Positions 60,301 to 64,000 of a stretch of 64,000 nucleotides of DNA are shown here, one piece after another. Under the pieces are notes generated by a model. The model had not been told where the DNA came from. It worked only from the letters and a program-made list of their open reading frames with translations, and did no database searches. The stretch comes from Rhodosorus marinus CCMP1338 (Eukaryota > Plantae > Rhodophyta). The position numbers and the translations under genes are program-made. The DNA lies in NCBI GenBank assembly GCA_029953675.1, contig JAMWBK010000005.1, positions 1 to 64,000 on the forward strand. The letters run 5' to 3'. Position 1 is the first letter of the stretch, and each line of letters opens with the position of its first letter.

Positions 60301-61292
60301 TTCAACAATCTCCCGGGACTAGAAGATCCGCTCTTCTTCCCCATGATCTCGATGAACAGCATGTTTGTCGTTTTCGACGGCGTGTCGGATGAGACGAGTC
60401 CAGTCGTCGACATCACGCACAAGAGCATGTCCGGGGTCACTCGAGTTGCAGAGGCGGAAGATGATGAGGACTCGATGTACTACGTGAAGAAGTATACGCA
60501 CGCCAACCGAAAGCGAACGTTTATGTACTTCGGGGTGCACCTGCAAGTGACGAGCTAAGCGTCAAGGAGTGGATGGCGTCCGACTACATCCGGCAAAATG
60601 CCGTCTTCTCAACGGAGGACTTCATCGACATAAGCCCATTCAGCAACTATCAGATCGATGCCAGGCTCCAGGACATCAACACCATTACTAACATTCGACT
60701 CTACTTCACCGGAAGCTACGTGAGGTCGAACTTTGCCGACGCCCTCAACTCGACAATTCCAATCATGTGCAACTCTTTCGATTCGGATGAGACCCCGACT
60801 CCCACTCCAACCCCGACACCGACAGCGACTCCGACTCAGACACCCACGCCGACACCGACTTATACTGGGACTCCTACGACGTCCCCGACAATGGCTCCGG
60901 CTGAAGCATCGACCGGGCTACCACTTCTGGAAACCGTGGCCCGAGAGCAGGAAGTGGGTTGCGGTTCTTACAAGGTTTCAGTAGAGAAGGTTGCATCCTG
61001 GACGAGACTCTCCGGTGAGACGGCTAGCGCCTGTATGATCACTTTCTCGTCGACAGAGGCTTCTGTGAACCTGCCGAAGAGCCTTGAGGTATCCTGGGAA
61101 TGGCCTCAAAAACCGAAGGGAGTTGCATGGGAGCAAGCAGATGGCGTCGTCATCAGCTCAAACGAGGTTCTCGGCGCATTGAGCATTTCCTCTAAGCGAA
61201 TTCAGGGCTTATCCGAGGCTGTCACAGTCGCGATCTCTGAGACCTGTCCAGACAAAGTTGAAATCGTTGCAGTTAACCGATCCCAGTGTTGA
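57369..61292 (+). CDS. ~1307-aa secreted protein: Gly-rich/Cys N-region, long helical region with hydrophobic segment, Tc-toxin (TcA C-terminal)-like domain, TP linker, small Cys-flanked C-domain; two homopolymer frameshifts
   Basis: Signal-like MNRTFTVIGCITLAIFLCVGGVRA. Track ORFs 57285, 59305 and 60573 join by removing one T (59275-59277) and adding one G (60532-60535). Domain identity is from motif resemblance only. Confidence 0.75.
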
Positions 61293-61549
61293 CGGACTTT
61301 GAGCGAAGACTATTGCAGTGACACGGCGTGAGAAATGTTATACATTGTACTTATGGACGAAAAATACAAAAAAAGGGCCTTAAAGCTATTCAAAAAACAT
61401 GAGCAGGGAACGACAGAGTAGGTGCCACGCTCGATGGATTCGTTGCAACCATGCTTTTCACCGCCTATGAACGATAAACACCCCACATTGTGACGTATCC
61501 AAGCGTTATTCGTGTTTGCCTTGGCTATGTCCTATGCAGACGGTCGACT

Positions 61550-61870
61550 CTCGAACTGGACTGGGCTTTTCTGATAGCCTGGAACGCTACACAACGCGTG
61601 AAACGAAAACAGAGAACTACTTAAAGAAGCGTGCAAACCGTACCAACGAGCTCAGTGACGTGCGAGCTCAGCTGAACAGGACACTTTGTCGAAGAACTGC
61701 GGAGCTTGCGCTAGAGCGCTTTCCCTGTGAACCAGTTGGGGAATCCACTGGTCCCTGTTTTTTCTTTTGAAGGTAGCCTGAGACCCTGGCAGCGGGGTTG
61801 ACTTGACCTTTCTTCTCAGATAGAGGTAACATCTATTTTGCGCTGCCCTAGGCAGCTGCGAAGATAAGTT
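61550..61870 (+). mobile_element. Decayed group A 3' end
   Basis: ELSDVRAQLNRTL, GACCCTGGCAGCGGGGTT and the GCTGC-CCTAG-GCAGC hairpin. Confidence 0.75.
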
Positions 61871-62243
61871 CACGATTACAAATGGAGTATAAGGATCTTC
61901 TCGGCCTTTTGGCTAAGATCAAGTATAGCATCTGTTCTATCATGTGTAACAACTTGATGCATCTAAATTTTAGATGCTTTCGTTACAAATATTTTTCTGG
62001 CTGGGTTTATGTTTGGTTAGTGGCTTGCCACGCCCGTATACCACGCTTTGCTCAGATTTTGGACTTCTTTCTGTTGCGGAGCCACCTCTTTTACTCCCCA
62101 AGTCCTAGGCTAAAGCTGGAGAGGAGGATTGGGGTTTTGTTTCTTTTTCGGTCGCGAGCGTGTTCGTTTACGGGAAGCGCTTCCTCTGGTACGCCTTCCC
62201 CTCGATTTTCCGCGGTGCGTTGTTTGCAATTGCAACTACTTTT

Positions 62244-63670
62244 TTCTTCCGGGATGGTAGCGATATCTCCGCGCTCGACGGAGCCTCATCCCAAGGAGGC
62301 ACTGCCAGGTGGGGGACTCCGTGTTCGCCTCAGCAGCGGCACCTTTTCTTCCGAGGTTGACTTGGAAGGCGCTTCTGGCACCCAGGCGCGTGCACTTATC
62401 TCCGCTGTCACCAGCCTGATCACGGCTGCGAGTGATCGTGGAGTGCTCCCTCAGCTCACCCAGAAGCCAGGTGGGCTGGAATCGGGATTGCTGGCCAGGT
62501 CAAATTCAAATTCGGACGAGAATTTGAATTGCACCAGAGTGGCAGCGTTGGCTGAAGGCAGTCAACATCAGGTCAATCAACATGAACCTGTCCCGGGACA
62601 GGCGAGGGCGCTTGCTGCTGCGCGGGACAGTACGACGTTGGGGAGCGGCAGGCAGGGCCAAAACGCGCTTCAGCGCTCGGGGACTCGAGGCAATGGTGGT
62701 GGTGACTGTGCGGCAACCGGTGTGGAGGAGACTGGAGCTGTGGAGTTCCCTCTGGACTTCCCTCTCTTGGACCAGCCCTCAGGTGGTCACCAGCTCCCGG
62801 CTACTGCGGGGGCACGTGGTGGCCGCAAGGGGGGCCCTTCGTACGCATCAGTCTTGCGGAAGGGCACCACTGCCACACGTACGACGGCTATGCTCCGTTT
62901 CCTACCATCTCGCGAGCCTCAGGGTGGACCTGTGGAGACCACTCTCCAATTTCTGTGGGTGCGAAATGTCCGGCGCAAAACTACACGAGGCCAGGTTCCG
63001 TCTATGCGAGATTTCCGGGACACTTTTGCGGAATCGTTAGGGTGCAGCCGGGGTGATTTCTTCTTCGCAAAATATGAGGGCCGCGATGTGCTGTTTTTGG
63101 TCTCCGCAACCGCCGCCAAGTACCTGGAGGCTTTGCTGGCGAAGCCTAGCAGTGGCCTGAGAGCGCCCGGTGGCTGCGCTGCAACTCGCAGGTGGTTTTG
63201 CATTTCGATTTTGTCCGTTTCTCGGGCAATTTCCTGTCTCCGGGAGAAACGGCAGGGCTCGCTGAGCATGAGAGCAGCGTGAAGGCGGCAGCGATCCATT
63301 GGCTACGGATTCAGCGCCTTGAGAGGATCTTGTTGGAGCGGTTCCGGTCGGGCCCTCGTCACCTGCGCATGGCGGTGTCCAGCTTCTTCGATCTGGAGAG
63401 GCGACTTGTGCTGACTTCGCGCTACAAGACAGAGCTGCAGCGGTTGGGGATTTTGGAGGGCTCTGCTTCCAGCAGCACTTCCAGCGAGAGTGGTGAGGCA
63501 GGGGAGCATACTGAGGGCATGTCGGTGGAGGACGCCCAGGTTACTTTGCTGCAGCCCGGGGATCCGTTCCGCGAGCCTCGCGGAGTGGGCGGCTCACGAC
63601 TTTGGTGCGGATAGGAGGTAAGAGAGCGAGGACCGACTCCCCCGGGTCTAAGGGGGAGAAGCACGATTAG
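62244..63670 (+). pseudogene. ORF1 type D, most complete copy (frameshifts at ~63146 and ~63560)
   Basis: Comparison with the 14 kb and 38 kb copies shows a 4-bp deletion and a 1-G loss. The true C-terminus is probably RLTTLVRIGGKRARTDSPGSKGEKHD* (TAG 63668-63670). Confidence 0.7.
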
Positions 63671-63701
63671 CGCTCCAGGCACGGCTGCGAGGTCGCAGCC
63701 T

Positions 63702-64000
63702 ATGGATCTACAGTCTTATGTCCTGAAGGAGGGCGGAGACTGGGGCATTTGGCGTACGCGTTTTCGGAGTTGGCTCCGGCGTGGATTTCTTTGGAAGGAG
63801 GCTCGCTTCCCCTCCGTGGGGATTCCCCCAGTCGTCCTCCCTCGTGGAGACCTTCTAGTGGCTGGAACCATTCTCGATTTCATCTTCACGAGCCTGGCTC
63901 GTAACATTCGGGACACAGTCATTTGGGTTTTTCTGGGGGTCATGCCGCGGCTGATTCTGGCCCCCACACACATCGGAGCGCAGATGGCGAGTACGAGACC
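63702..64000 (+). CDS. Start of the ORF2 linked to ORF1-D (runs off window; not in ORF track)
   Basis: Open from ATG 63702 to the window end: ..WLRRGFLW..P..P..VLPR..FLGVMPRLILAPTHIGAQM, resembling group A ORF2 N-termini (W.RL..P.P.RRFVP..FL.GLPGLVLG.T..IG.QV). Confidence 0.7.
   Translation, partial: MDLQSYVLKEGGDWGIWRTRFRSWLRRGFLWKEARFPSVGIPPVVLPRGDLLVAGTILDFIFTSLARNIRDTVIWVFLGVMPRLILAPTHIGAQMASTR

Noticed and set aside
59305-60558. Three-gene operon at 57-61 kb
   Set aside because: Only the first ORF has a signal/ATG context; both breaks sit in homopolymers and cancel each other, giving one continuous protein.
63130-63200. Programmed frameshift within ORF1-D
   Set aside because: The three D copies break at different places (stop, 1-bp gain, 4-bp deletion), which indicates decay.
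63192-63704. Gag-pol-style readthrough of TAG 63612 into ORF2 (same frame, 29 open codons, downstream stem)
   Set aside because: The 15 kb copy shows the conserved ORF1 tail (RLT.LVR.GGKRAR) in another frame; this copy lost a G at ~63560, so the in-frame arrangement is an indel artefact.

Overview
This is very probably a eukaryotic chromosome end. It opens with 26 perfect copies of a 16-nt C-rich repeat (TAACCCCAGACTAACG; G-strand GTTACGTTAGTCTGGG). The subtelomere is dominated by non-LTR retrotransposons with an RT and a C-terminal restriction-like endonuclease (RLE), resembling the CRE clade. Family labels are my own. Group A (variants A1-A5) ends precisely in the telomeric repeat (element|GTTACGTTAGTCTGGG), has two ORFs coupled by TAATG/ATGA, an unusual IHDD RT motif and a covarying 3' hairpin with an NNUAG loop. 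Family B ends in (AGTAAAGTCC)n and family C in (ATTC)n. A fourth ORF1 type (D) probably belongs to a B-like family. Only the terminal A1 copy (429-5243) looks nearly intact; the rest are truncated, nested or decayed. Group A copies point toward the left end over 0.4-18 kb but the opposite way over 27-53 kb, with matching G-strand telomere remnants. Other content: a tRNA-Asp fused to a family-B tail inside an 11-bp TSD (SINE candidate); a decayed TKL kinase with ~14 44-aa ankyrin-like repeats; a secreted protein with four Cys-rich repeats; a Ty3/gypsy integrase-chromodomain remnant; and a ~1300-aa secreted protein with a Tc-toxin-like C-terminus, split by two homopolymer frameshifts. Most short ORFs in the track are antisense shadows of these elements. 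The organism is not identifiable from sequence alone. Many coordinates of decayed pieces are approximate, and some frameshifts are probably consensus errors.
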